This document shows, one piece after another, positions 45,303-54,425 of a stretch of 64,000 bases of DNA (its first letter is position 1; every line of letters starts with the position of its first letter). The position numbers and the translations under genes are program-made. Location: assembly GCA_035380125.1 (NCBI GenBank), contig DAOSWV010000013.1, positions 1,140 to 65,139 of the forward strand. The letters are read 5' to 3'. Source of the stretch: Oscillospiraceae bacterium. Lineage in GTDB: Bacteria; Bacillota; Clostridia; Oscillospirales; JAKOTC01. The notes below the pieces were generated by a model, which saw only the letters and a program-made list of their open reading frames with translations, had not been told where the DNA came from and ran no database searches.

Positions 45303-46475
45303 ATGCGGGTTTTATTATATATCAATTCTCTGAGCAACGGCGGCGCTGAGCGGGTCATGTCGGTTTTAGCCAACGGACTGAATGCCCATGGGCATGATAT
45401 CGTATTGATTACGGATTATTATAGGGGGAACGAATATCAAATTCCGGATTCCGTTGAAAGAATTGTTTTAGTTGGAAAATTCGAAGAAAGACCTCCGGGA
45501 ATGTCTCGCAGCCGTAGTATTTTCAATATCAGAAACCTGCGTTTGCTATTTGAAATAATTCATCGAAATAATTCCAGTATAAAAAAATTGCGTACGCTTT
45601 GTATAGAGAGAAAGTTCGACGTTTTAATTTCATTTCTGCCCAAGAATAACTTTAGAGCGCTTTTAGCGGTAAGGCGTTTGAAAATTAAAAATTTGATTTC
45701 CGTCAGAAATGATCCTGGAAAAATATTTAAATCCCTGTGGCTCAGGAGATTGGTAAAGCTTCTGTATCGTTTTACCGACGGATGTGTATTTCAAACAGAA
45801 GAGCAGAAGAACCGATTCCCTGTGCAAAAACTAAAAAACTTTCGTATCATTCCGAACCCCGTTTCCGATGTGTTTTATCAAACGGAGCGCGCGGAAAGCG
45901 GACACAAAGACATTGTCGCTGTCGGGCGTTTGGAACCTCAAAAGAATTTTCCGATGTTGATCCGGGCGTTTGCAAGGATCGCGGATGATTTCCCAAACGA
46001 AAATCTGGTGATTTACGGGAAAGGAAAGTTGAAGGAAGAGTTGGCGGAACTCGCAAAAAAAATCGGTTTGTCTGATAGAATCCGGTTTCCCGGCAATGTA
46101 CCCGACATCGCCGAAAAGATAAAAAACGCGCGGCTGTTTGTTCTGAGTTCGGATTGGGAGGGGCTGCCGAACGCGCTGATGGAGAGTATGGCCATCGGAC
46201 TGCCGGTGATTGCGACGGATTGCGCGGGCGGAGGAGCACGCGCGTTGATTCATGACGGCGTAAACGGCCTGTTGATCCCAAAAGGCGACGAGCAGGCGTT
46301 GGCGAATGCCATGCGTAAATTGCTGGAAAGCCAAGCGCTTTCCGATGATCTCGGAGAAGCAGCAAAACAGAGCGCTCAGGCCTATAGGACGGACGAAATA
46401 GTCGCCCGGTGGGAGGAATATCTTCTGGAGATCGGAGGGGAAAATGACGGGCGAATCGATCAAACGATTTTTTAA
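45303..46475 (+). CDS. glycosyltransferase family 4 (paralogue of 42383-43534)
   Basis: GGAERV, SSDWEGLPNALMESMAIGLPVIATDCAGGGARALIHDGVNGLLI. Confidence 0.8.
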   Translation: MRVLLYINSLSNGGAERVMSVLANGLNAHGHDIVLITDYYRGNEYQIPDSVERIVLVGKFEERPPGMSRSRSIFNIRNLRLLFEIIHRNNSSIKKLRTLCIERKFDVLISFLPKNNFRALLAVRRLKIKNLISVRNDPGKIFKSLWLRRLVKLLYRFTDGCVFQTEEQKNRFPVQKLKNFRIIPNPVSDVFYQTERAESGHKDIVAVGRLEPQKNFPMLIRAFARIADDFPNENLVIYGKGKLKEELAELAKKIGLSDRIRFPGNVPDIAEKIKNARLFVLSSDWEGLPNALMESMAIGLPVIATDCAGGGARALIHDGVNGLLIPKGDEQALANAMRKLLESQALSDDLGEAAKQSAQAYRTDEIVARWEEYLLEIGGENDGRIDQTIF

Positions 46476-47382
46476 AAGTCCGGGGGCTGCGTTACAAATG
46501 TTGTCTTACGCGGGCCTGTTGTTTTGGCTGCCGGACAAACCGTATATTCAATTATTTTACCGCACGGCTTTTCACCGCAAGTTGAACTTGAGAGACCCGA
46601 AGACCTACAGCGAAAAAATCCAGTGGTTAAAATTATATCATCGCGACCCGCTGTATACGGTGCTCTCGGATAAATACGCCATGAGGGGTTATGCGTCTGA
46701 AATACTCGGCGACGATTATATGGTACCGCTTCTGGGCATTTGGGACACATTCGGGGAAATCAATTTCGAAAAGCTGCCGAATCAATTCGTACTCAAATGC
46801 ACCCGCGACAGCGGCTCAGTTATCATTTGCCGTGATAAAACGACATTTGATAAAGCAAAAGCAAAAACACGGCTTGAAAAAACAATGAAAAGGAATTATT
46901 ATCGAATCACCCGGGAATGGGGATACAAAAACATCCGGCCGCGCATTATTGCGGAGAAATATCTGTTTGATGAGAATGAATGCGGTTTAAAAGATTATAA
47001 ATTCACCTGTATGAACGGCGAACCCCGCTATCTGTTTACTTGCCAAAACAGAGGCGGAGAAGGCGGGCTTCAGGTGGACGCCTATAATATGCAGCTGCAG
47101 CATCTGGAACTAAGAGAAAAAAATTATGCAAACAGCCCGAAACCTTTTGCGGCGCCCGCATCATTAGAAAAAATGCTTCAAATCTGCAGGACCATTGCAA
47201 AACCGTTTCCGTTGATCCGCATTGATTTATATGACGTATGCGGTAGACCGTATATCGGAGAATTCACTTTTTATCCGGCGGGAGGATTAAACCGCTTTTA
47301 CCCCGAAGAATGGGACGATTACATCGGAAGTGGACTTATTTTACCTGAAAAAGATTCTGAAATCAAAAAACGGAGTATTTAA
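46444..47382 (+). CDS. TupA-like ATP-grasp amidoligase (3 of 3)
   Basis: NLRDPKTYSEKIQWLKLY, LPNQFVLKCTRDSGS, DYKFTCMNGEP and IDLYDVCGRPYIGEFTFYP. It overlaps the preceding GT4 gene by 32 nt. Confidence 0.75.
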   Translation: MTGESIKRFFKSPGAALQMLSYAGLLFWLPDKPYIQLFYRTAFHRKLNLRDPKTYSEKIQWLKLYHRDPLYTVLSDKYAMRGYASEILGDDYMVPLLGIWDTFGEINFEKLPNQFVLKCTRDSGSVIICRDKTTFDKAKAKTRLEKTMKRNYYRITREWGYKNIRPRIIAEKYLFDENECGLKDYKFTCMNGEPRYLFTCQNRGGEGGLQVDAYNMQLQHLELREKNYANSPKPFAAPASLEKMLQICRTIAKPFPLIRIDLYDVCGRPYIGEFTFYPAGGLNRFYPEEWDDYIGSGLILPEKDSEIKKRSI

Positions 47383-47384
47383 AA

Positions 47385-48557
47385 ATGAAGTGCAGAGAAC
47401 GGTTTGAACAAATTTATCATCATGAACCCGAAAGCATGGGATTTTGCCCCTATCGCGTTTGCCCTATCGGCGCGCATTCGGATCACCAATACGGAAAGAT
47501 TACAGGTTTTGCGATTGATCAGGGGATTCACATTGCTTATGCGCCCAAACAAAACGGAGTTATCGAATTGGTTTCGTTAAATTTTGATAAGCGGGCACAG
47601 TTTCACATTCATGAAGTGCCGAAGCAAAAACAAAACGACTGGGCAGATTATCTGCGCGGTGCAACACTTTTAATGGGCAAAAAATATCAGTTGCAAAAAG
47701 GTCTTGCAGGTGTGGTTGAAGGAGATCTGCCGATCGGCGGGCTTTCTTCGTCCGCGGCGGTAATCATCGCGTTTCTCAGTGCACTTTGTAAAGTGAACGA
47801 GATTATGCTTAGGCCGGAAGAGATGATTGAACTTGCATTGCGCGCCGAGAACGACTATGTGGGTGTGGCCTGCGGAACATTGGATCAGTCCTGTGAAATC
47901 TACAGTCGGAAAGATCATCTGCTTTATTTGGACACGAAAGACGACAGCCGAGAGCTGATTCCGGCAAACGTTGTGATGAAGCCCTATGAAATCGTCATCT
48001 TTTTCAGCGGTATTGAACGCATGTTGGGTGGTACGAAATACAATATGCGGGTAGATGAGTGCAAGGCGGCCGCTTATGCATTGATGGGTTTTTCGGGTAT
48101 GGAATACGGCGATTTTAAAGATGCGCGTTTACGGGATATCTCGCGGAAGGTTTTTGAGCGATATCAGAGAAAACTCCCGGAGAACTGGCGAAAACGGGCG
48201 GTGCATTTTTATACCGAATTCGAGCGGGTGGAACAAGGTGTTGAAGCCTGGCGGAAAGGCGATATCGAGAAATTTGGTCAACTGTGTTTTGAGAGCGGAA
48301 AAAGTTCCATTGTGAATTACGAGACCGGCTCGCCCGAACTGATCGCGCTTTATGAGATCATGCGCAAAACCGACGGCATTTACGGCGGGCGGTTTTCCGG
48401 CGCGGGATTCAAGGGCTGCTGCATGGCGCTCATTGATCCGGCATTTCGGGATAGTATCGAAAAAGCGGTCACGAGCGAATATTTAAAGCAATTTCCGAAC
48501 TTGGCGGATAAATTTTCGGTTCATTTTTGCCAAACCGCCGACGGCGTTCGGCTGTGA
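47385..48557 (+). CDS. GHMP-family sugar-1-kinase (galactokinase-like, possibly uronate kinase)
   Basis: Galactokinase-type N-terminal signature (YRVCPIGAHSDHQYG) and GHMP ATP motif LPIGGLSSSAAV. Confidence 0.7.
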   Translation: MKCRERFEQIYHHEPESMGFCPYRVCPIGAHSDHQYGKITGFAIDQGIHIAYAPKQNGVIELVSLNFDKRAQFHIHEVPKQKQNDWADYLRGATLLMGKKYQLQKGLAGVVEGDLPIGGLSSSAAVIIAFLSALCKVNEIMLRPEEMIELALRAENDYVGVACGTLDQSCEIYSRKDHLLYLDTKDDSRELIPANVVMKPYEIVIFFSGIERMLGGTKYNMRVDECKAAAYALMGFSGMEYGDFKDARLRDISRKVFERYQRKLPENWRKRAVHFYTEFERVEQGVEAWRKGDIEKFGQLCFESGKSSIVNYETGSPELIALYEIMRKTDGIYGGRFSGAGFKGCCMALIDPAFRDSIEKAVTSEYLKQFPNLADKFSVHFCQTADGVRL

Positions 48558-48565
48558 GAAGGGGA

Positions 48566-49579
48566 ATGAGCGTTTTGACAGTGCAATCTAAAATTTTAGT
48601 GACGGGCGCTGCGGGATTTATCGGGGCGGCGCTGTCGAAAAAATTGCTAGAGGCGGGATTGTCCGTCGCCGGTGTTGACAATCTCAACGATTATTACGAT
48701 GTAAAATTAAAATATGCCCGTCTGGATTTGTTAAAAGCATATCCGAATTTTACGTTTCACCGAATGGATTTGGCAGATAAAGCCGCAGTTGATGAACTGT
48801 TTGCAAAAGAGAAATTCGATATCGTCGTGCATCTGGCGGCGCAGGCGGGTGTGCGGTATTCCATCACCCATCCCGAGGCCTATATTCAAAGCAATATCGT
48901 CGGGTTTTTTAATATCCTCGAGGCCTGCCGCCATCACCCTGTGAAAAATCTGGTGTATGCGTCGAGTTCGTCGGTATACGGGGCGAATCAAAAAGTGCCG
49001 TATTCGGCCGAGGACAAGACCGATATGCCGGTCAGTTTGTATGCCGCAACCAAAAAAGCCGACGAGGCCATGGCCTACAGCTATGCGAAACTCTATCAAA
49101 TCCCGTCGGTCGGCCTGCGCTTTTTCACGGTTTACGGGCCGATGGGCCGTCCCGACATGGCCTATTTCAGTTTCACGGATAAGATGGTTCGGGGCGAAAA
49201 GATACCGCTTTTCAACTACGGCGAGATGAAGCGCGACTTCACTTATATCGACGACATCATCGAGGGCATTATCAACGTGATGCAAAAACCGCCTGTGCAG
49301 GACGAAAACGGCGCACCGCACAAGATTTACAACATCGGCAATAGTCATCCCGAAACCCTTACCGACTTTGTGGCGACATTGGAAAACTGCCTGATGACGG
49401 CGGGCGTCATCAAGCAGCCGGCGGAAAAAGAATATCTCCCGATGCAGCCCGGCGACGTCTTGCAGACCTATGCCGACGTCAGCGAACTGGAACGGGATTT
49501 CGGATTCAAACCCCGCACGAGCTTAAAAGACGGTCTGACCGCGTTTGCAAAGTGGTATAAAGAATATTATAAAATTTAA
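48566..49579 (+). CDS. NAD-dependent UDP-glucuronate 4-epimerase family protein
   Basis: ILVTGAAGFIG, DNLNDYYD..LK, YASSSSVYG, YAATKK. This is an extended SDR of the UDP-GlcA epimerase type. The start was trimmed to the ATG at 48566 (MSVLTVQSK). Confidence 0.8.
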   Translation: MSVLTVQSKILVTGAAGFIGAALSKKLLEAGLSVAGVDNLNDYYDVKLKYARLDLLKAYPNFTFHRMDLADKAAVDELFAKEKFDIVVHLAAQAGVRYSITHPEAYIQSNIVGFFNILEACRHHPVKNLVYASSSSVYGANQKVPYSAEDKTDMPVSLYAATKKADEAMAYSYAKLYQIPSVGLRFFTVYGPMGRPDMAYFSFTDKMVRGEKIPLFNYGEMKRDFTYIDDIIEGIINVMQKPPVQDENGAPHKIYNIGNSHPETLTDFVATLENCLMTAGVIKQPAEKEYLPMQPGDVLQTYADVSELERDFGFKPRTSLKDGLTAFAKWYKEYYKI

Positions 49580-51003
49580 TGGGTTCTCGGCGGGAGCCAT
49601 AACCAATGCGACGGGACGGCGGGCCAATCGTAGTCGATGAACGATTGGAGCGCGGGACTGTCGCTTTTTTTCAGCACCGAGAACGCGGCACGCAGCGCCC
49701 ACAGATAAAACGACTGGTCCAAGATGTTGGCGTCACCGGCGCGCGATAGGGTCTCGTAAGAAGCGGAATGGTGCAGGTATTCGCGGTTTTGGCGCGAGAC
49801 CAACACGCCGTCTTTGTTGATTTTATCGTTTAAAATAGCAATGGCGGCTTTTTCTAGCGCAGTTTCGATTTCTTTGCGGCGGTAATCCTGCCGCTGATAA
49901 TTAATTGCCAACAAGGTCATGCAGTCGACGTCTTTGCAGTTGTCGGATTCGGAATCAAGGCGGTCGGGCGAATCCAAACCGAAGCGATGATCGTTGACAT
50001 TTTGCAGAGAGAGCAGAGTATCGGTCTGGGCTTTTCGGACGTTTTCGGGGATCGGATGCCCGTCGTAATCGTAAAACCAGAGCTGGTGCGCGCCGCCCAT
50101 GACCGGAACCGAGACCCATTCGAATTTTAAATCGCTGCGGTCGTTGGGCAAGATGTTTCCGGAAAAACCGTTATTCCAGATTCTTTTCGGGTCGCCGTTA
50201 AGTTCTCCGTACCAAAAACCCGTGACGCCGAAGTTTTCGTCATGCCACTTGTACCAAACCTCGTCGAGCATCTTTCGCGCCTGTGCAGCGGTAGGCGTTC
50301 CGGATTCCCACTGCGTAATCTGCCACAAAATACAGGCCGGGTACCAGAACTCGTTGCCCATCCACCAGGGGTTGTGGCGGCGGTAGTTGCCGTCTTTTTG
50401 GTAGGCGTTCCAGTCGCGTCTCCAAAGGTATTCTTCAAGATAGGATTGCTCCAAAAACCGCCCGGTCATGCTGCCGGAGGAAAGCGGATATTTCGATTTG
50501 CCGCCGAGCAGCATCATGGTCGGACACAGTGAGGACACAAAATGATCGTGCATATGGTACCACGGGTGGGTACAGAGCGAAAAATCCCGCCAAGCACGAT
50601 GATTTTTCGGGCGCACATACGGGCCGAGATAATAGCCGGTTTCCCGGTCTTGATATTGATTGAAATAGGCGATCCAGGCGTCTTTGTTTTCCTGCGGCAG
50701 CTGCTCGGTCAGCCCGTAAAAATAATAGGTCTCGAGTGCCGAATGGCCGCCTTCCAGCGATTCGCAGCCGCCCGGTGTCGAAGAAAACCGCCAGTCGTTT
50801 TCAGCCATGCGTTGTGAAAATGATTTTTTCAAGACACGAATCTGATCGTCGGTTTTGATAAAAGCCCTTGCTGCAGGCGTCAGCACGCTGTTTTCGCCGC
50901 TTGACTCCCAACCGACAGCATTGAAAACCCCGTTCGAAGGACAACAGTTCTCCAGAAAAGCCAGGGTATTGTTTTTAAGCGTCATGAAGTCAGTCATATT
51001 CAC
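49576..51003 (-). CDS. Trp-rich cytoplasmic protein of unknown function
   Basis: 475-aa ORF starting 3 nt after the upstream GT2 stop, so it is in the same operon. No signal peptide. No family recognised. Confidence 0.7.
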   Translation of the reverse strand: MNMTDFMTLKNNTLAFLENCCPSNGVFNAVGWESSGENSVLTPAARAFIKTDDQIRVLKKSFSQRMAENDWRFSSTPGGCESLEGGHSALETYYFYGLTEQLPQENKDAWIAYFNQYQDRETGYYLGPYVRPKNHRAWRDFSLCTHPWYHMHDHFVSSLCPTMMLLGGKSKYPLSSGSMTGRFLEQSYLEEYLWRRDWNAYQKDGNYRRHNPWWMGNEFWYPACILWQITQWESGTPTAAQARKMLDEVWYKWHDENFGVTGFWYGELNGDPKRIWNNGFSGNILPNDRSDLKFEWVSVPVMGGAHQLWFYDYDGHPIPENVRKAQTDTLLSLQNVNDHRFGLDSPDRLDSESDNCKDVDCMTLLAINYQRQDYRRKEIETALEKAAIAILNDKINKDGVLVSRQNREYLHHSASYETLSRAGDANILDQSFYLWALRAAFSVLKKSDSPALQSFIDYDWPAVPSHWLWLPPRTH

Positions 51004-51006
51004 TTT

Positions 51007-52110
51007 TCACTCTCCTATACGGCTTTTTGAGATACGGATCCGCCGAAAGACCTCTTTGGAGCCACCGGTCCGGAAAGCGCTGAAAATGGCCCGGGAATAA
51101 GCGACGGGGAAGGTCAGCGCTTTCCATACCGTCAGCCGGCGGGCGAGTTTCGGCATAATGGGATTCCCCCGCAAAATCCGTCGTATTGCCGAATCTGAAG
51201 CGGGAGAGGGTATATATCCTCTTTTCAATCCGGTCAGTTCCAACTTTTCGAGCGCACCGTTTTTGAGTGTGGCATAGTATTCTCGGAACACAGCAGCGCT
51301 TTTGCAGGTAGTCAGAAAACTCGTATTCATAATCGCATTCATCGAACAGACTCCGCGCTTAACTTGATTGTAAAACGGCAAAGAAGCGGCGAAATCGTGC
51401 AGCAGCAGTGTTGATTCGATACGGCACAACGGTGCTTTATCGAGGGTGTCTTCAATACTGGTTCCGGTGCCGATTCGATACAGCATAAGTTTGATATCCG
51501 ACAGCACAATCCGGTCTGCCAGCAGCATCAATGAGAGCAGATAGACATAATCTTCACAGTTTCTCAGGGATGTAAATTGAATTCCGGATTCCTTTAAAAA
51601 TGAACGCCGAAAGATTTTCGAATGCACACAGATTTTAAATTTCAATGCGAAAAATTCAGGATCGTCACGCCAAGAAAACGGATGCCCGATCGGCGGACGA
51701 TCCGCATAAAAAATTTCGGTCGGGATAATGATCTCACCGGTCTGATGCTGATAAATATCACTACAGAATTCGACCATATCAGCATTGCTTGCGTATGCGA
51801 ATTCTACGGCGGGAGCAAGTTTTTGGTCGTATAAAAAATCATCTGCATCTAAAAAGAGGATGTATTCGCCAACGGTGGCGGCAAGTCCTGTGTTTCTGGC
51901 GGATCCGACTCCTCGGTTTTGCTGGTGAATGACTTTGACACGCACATCCTTTTCGGCATATCCGTCGAGAATCAAGCCCGAAGAATCGGTTGAGCCGTCG
52001 TCGATCGCAATGATTTCAAACTCATCAAGGCCTTGATTCAACACACTGTCAAGGCATTGGCACAAGTACATTTCCTTGTTGTATACAGGAATGATAACCG
52101 AGAGTTTCAA
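51007..52110 (-). CDS. glycosyltransferase family 2 with a conserved C-terminal extension (paralogue 3)
   Basis: SVIIPVYNKEMYL..CLDSVLNQ...IIAIDDGSTD and LDADD (DxD). Confidence 0.85.
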   Translation of the reverse strand: MKLSVIIPVYNKEMYLCQCLDSVLNQGLDEFEIIAIDDGSTDSSGLILDGYAEKDVRVKVIHQQNRGVGSARNTGLAATVGEYILFLDADDFLYDQKLAPAVEFAYASNADMVEFCSDIYQHQTGEIIIPTEIFYADRPPIGHPFSWRDDPEFFALKFKICVHSKIFRRSFLKESGIQFTSLRNCEDYVYLLSLMLLADRIVLSDIKLMLYRIGTGTSIEDTLDKAPLCRIESTLLLHDFAASLPFYNQVKRGVCSMNAIMNTSFLTTCKSAAVFREYYATLKNGALEKLELTGLKRGYIPSPASDSAIRRILRGNPIMPKLARRLTVWKALTFPVAYSRAIFSAFRTGGSKEVFRRIRISKSRIGE

Positions 52111-52125
52111 ACTGAAATCATCCTT

Positions 52126-53271
52126 TCATAGGGAGTGCTTTCCTTTATGTACAGTGGAACAATGCGCATCATCTTTTTGCAAAGAGAGGCGGCGTCGAAT
52201 TTCTGCCGGACCGTTATGGAAAAGCCGATAGAAAAACCACCGCACGGATCCGCCGAAAAAGGTGATGCCCTTCCAGAACCGGATGGTTTTGCGGGCATTT
52301 TTCGGCATTGCGGGGTTTCCACGCAAAATGCGTCTGACCGCATAATCGGCGAAGGGAGAATGCAGATATCCGCGAGGCAATCCGAACAATTCCTCCCGTT
52401 CGAGCGCGCCGTTTTTTAAGGCATTGTAATATTCCCGGAATGCTTTTGCGGTACGGCAGGAGGATAAAAATCCGATATGGATATGCGCATTAATTCGAGC
52501 GACGCCTTTTTTGATCTGGGAATAAAACGGCTGAGTTGCCGCGAAATCGTGAAATGCGTCAGTGGCTTCAATGCGGCCACAGGGGTCGCTTTCGAGAAGG
52601 TCTTCTATGCTATCGCCGATATTGACCCGGTAATTACAGAGAAAAAGATCGGAGCAGACAATCTTTTTCGAGAGAATCAGATGAGAAAATGTATGATCAA
52701 AGTCCTCGGAGTTGTTGGCAGCTCTGAATTTAACACCGGAGTTTTGCAGCAAAGCGCGGCGATATAATTTTGAATTTACGCCGGAATAGAAAAAGAGAAA
52801 GAAATCATCAGGAAAATCATGCCATGAAAACACTCTGCCGGATTCGGGCGGTTTCAGATAAGAGGCGTAGTGCAGCGGTTGAGACGTTCCGGTTTTATCA
52901 TTATATTCGTCGATTTGAAAAACGGCGGTATCAGCGTCATGGGTGACGGCGAATTGATAAGCTGCTCCGAGTCGGTTTTTATGCAGAAAGTCGTCTGCGT
53001 CGAGAAAAAGGATATATTCACCGACGGCCAATTCCAAACCCGCATTACGCGCATAGCCGCAGGAGGAATTCTTTTGGTGAATGACGCTGACGCGGGGGTC
53101 TTTGGCGGCATATTCGTCGAGAATTTTGCTTGAGGAATCCGTTGAGCCGTCATCTACAGCAATCAATTCAAGGGAATCAAGGTTTTGGCTTAGGACGCTG
53201 TCAATACATTGATGCAGGTATTTTTCGGCGTTATAAACCGGAGTAATGATTGAAATTTTGATGTTTTCCAT
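52126..53271 (-). CDS. glycosyltransferase family 2 with a conserved C-terminal extension (paralogue 2)
   Basis: SIITPVYNAEKYL..CIDSVLSQ...LIAVDDGSTD and LDADD. The start was trimmed to MENIKIS at 53271. Confidence 0.85.
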   Translation of the reverse strand: MENIKISIITPVYNAEKYLHQCIDSVLSQNLDSLELIAVDDGSTDSSSKILDEYAAKDPRVSVIHQKNSSCGYARNAGLELAVGEYILFLDADDFLHKNRLGAAYQFAVTHDADTAVFQIDEYNDKTGTSQPLHYASYLKPPESGRVFSWHDFPDDFFLFFYSGVNSKLYRRALLQNSGVKFRAANNSEDFDHTFSHLILSKKIVCSDLFLCNYRVNIGDSIEDLLESDPCGRIEATDAFHDFAATQPFYSQIKKGVARINAHIHIGFLSSCRTAKAFREYYNALKNGALEREELFGLPRGYLHSPFADYAVRRILRGNPAMPKNARKTIRFWKGITFFGGSVRWFFYRLFHNGPAEIRRRLSLQKDDAHCSTVHKGKHSL

Positions 53272-53329
53272 AATTGTCCCTTTTTGAACCTCCAAGAGTG
53301 GTCTTTGGGTTATTTAATCTTTGATAATT

Positions 53330-54421
53330 TTATTTTAGATGTTTTAAATGTTTAAACGTATGGCTAAAACCGTTTTCAAACGTCCGCGTGAAGAACCAGA
53401 CTAGGCCCGGAATGAGGAAGGTCACTTCTTTCCAAAATAAAATATTTCTTTTTGCGTTTTTGGGCATAAAAGGCCCGAAGTATCTAATATGTCTCATTTC
53501 GGAGGAGATAAAGCGAGAATAAATATATTTTTTCGGAAGGTCTGTCAGTTCCATATGGCGTAGACCTTCGTCGTGAAGAGCAATGTACAGGGCTCTGAAT
53601 GCTGCAGCGGTTTTATAATTAGAGAAAAATTCGTTCATAGATTTTGCGTTGAGATTGGCAATACCGCGTTTGATTTTCGGAAACCAAGGGAGGGATGCTG
53701 CAAAATCATGGATTGCCTCATTTGCGTAGAGGGTACACAGCGGATTTTTTTCACGCCCGTCGGTGATGCTGGTGCCGGTTCTGATACGGTAGTGCATCGT
53801 TGTGATATCGGAACAAACAACACGTTGTGCCAAAATCAGATTACAGAAGACAAAAAACACGTCATTGCAATTTGCCAGCGGCATAAACTCAATACCGGTT
53901 TCTTTGAGGAATTCGCGGCGGAAGAATTTTGCGCAGATAATGCCGGAAAACATCAAAGGAAACCGGTCGGGATCGTCATGTATGGAAAAAACCGTACCGT
54001 ATGGAGGATGCGGAATCAAATGAACGTTATGGGGCGTCTCAAAGACGCCGATATCATCGCAGTAATGATTCATCAAAAATACGGCGACATCGGCATCATG
54101 GGATTCGGCAAATTCATAAGCGCTTTTCAGACAGTTTTCGGGCATAAAGTCATCCGCATCAAAGAAGGTCACATAGTTTCCGGTTGCCAACGCCATTCCA
54201 TGATTTCTGGCCGGTCCCGCTCCTTGGTTTGATTGACGGATGACTTTGACTCTGGAGTCTTTTTGGGCGTATTCGTCGAGAATTATGTAGGAATTGTCGG
54301 TCGAACCGTCGTCTACTGCAATAATTTCAAAATCCATAAGGTCTTGATTCAAGATACTGTCAAGACATTGATTCAAATATTTCGCAGCGTTGTAAACGGG
54401 AATAACAACTGACAATTCCAT
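53330..54421 (-). CDS. glycosyltransferase family 2 with a conserved C-terminal extension (paralogue 1)
   Basis: SVVIPVYNAAKYL..CLDSILNQ...IIAVDDGSTD and FDADD. Confidence 0.85.
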   Translation of the reverse strand: MELSVVIPVYNAAKYLNQCLDSILNQDLMDFEIIAVDDGSTDNSYIILDEYAQKDSRVKVIRQSNQGAGPARNHGMALATGNYVTFFDADDFMPENCLKSAYEFAESHDADVAVFLMNHYCDDIGVFETPHNVHLIPHPPYGTVFSIHDDPDRFPLMFSGIICAKFFRREFLKETGIEFMPLANCNDVFFVFCNLILAQRVVCSDITTMHYRIRTGTSITDGREKNPLCTLYANEAIHDFAASLPWFPKIKRGIANLNAKSMNEFFSNYKTAAAFRALYIALHDEGLRHMELTDLPKKYIYSRFISSEMRHIRYFGPFMPKNAKRNILFWKEVTFLIPGLVWFFTRTFENGFSHTFKHLKHLK

Positions 54422-54425
54422 AGGT

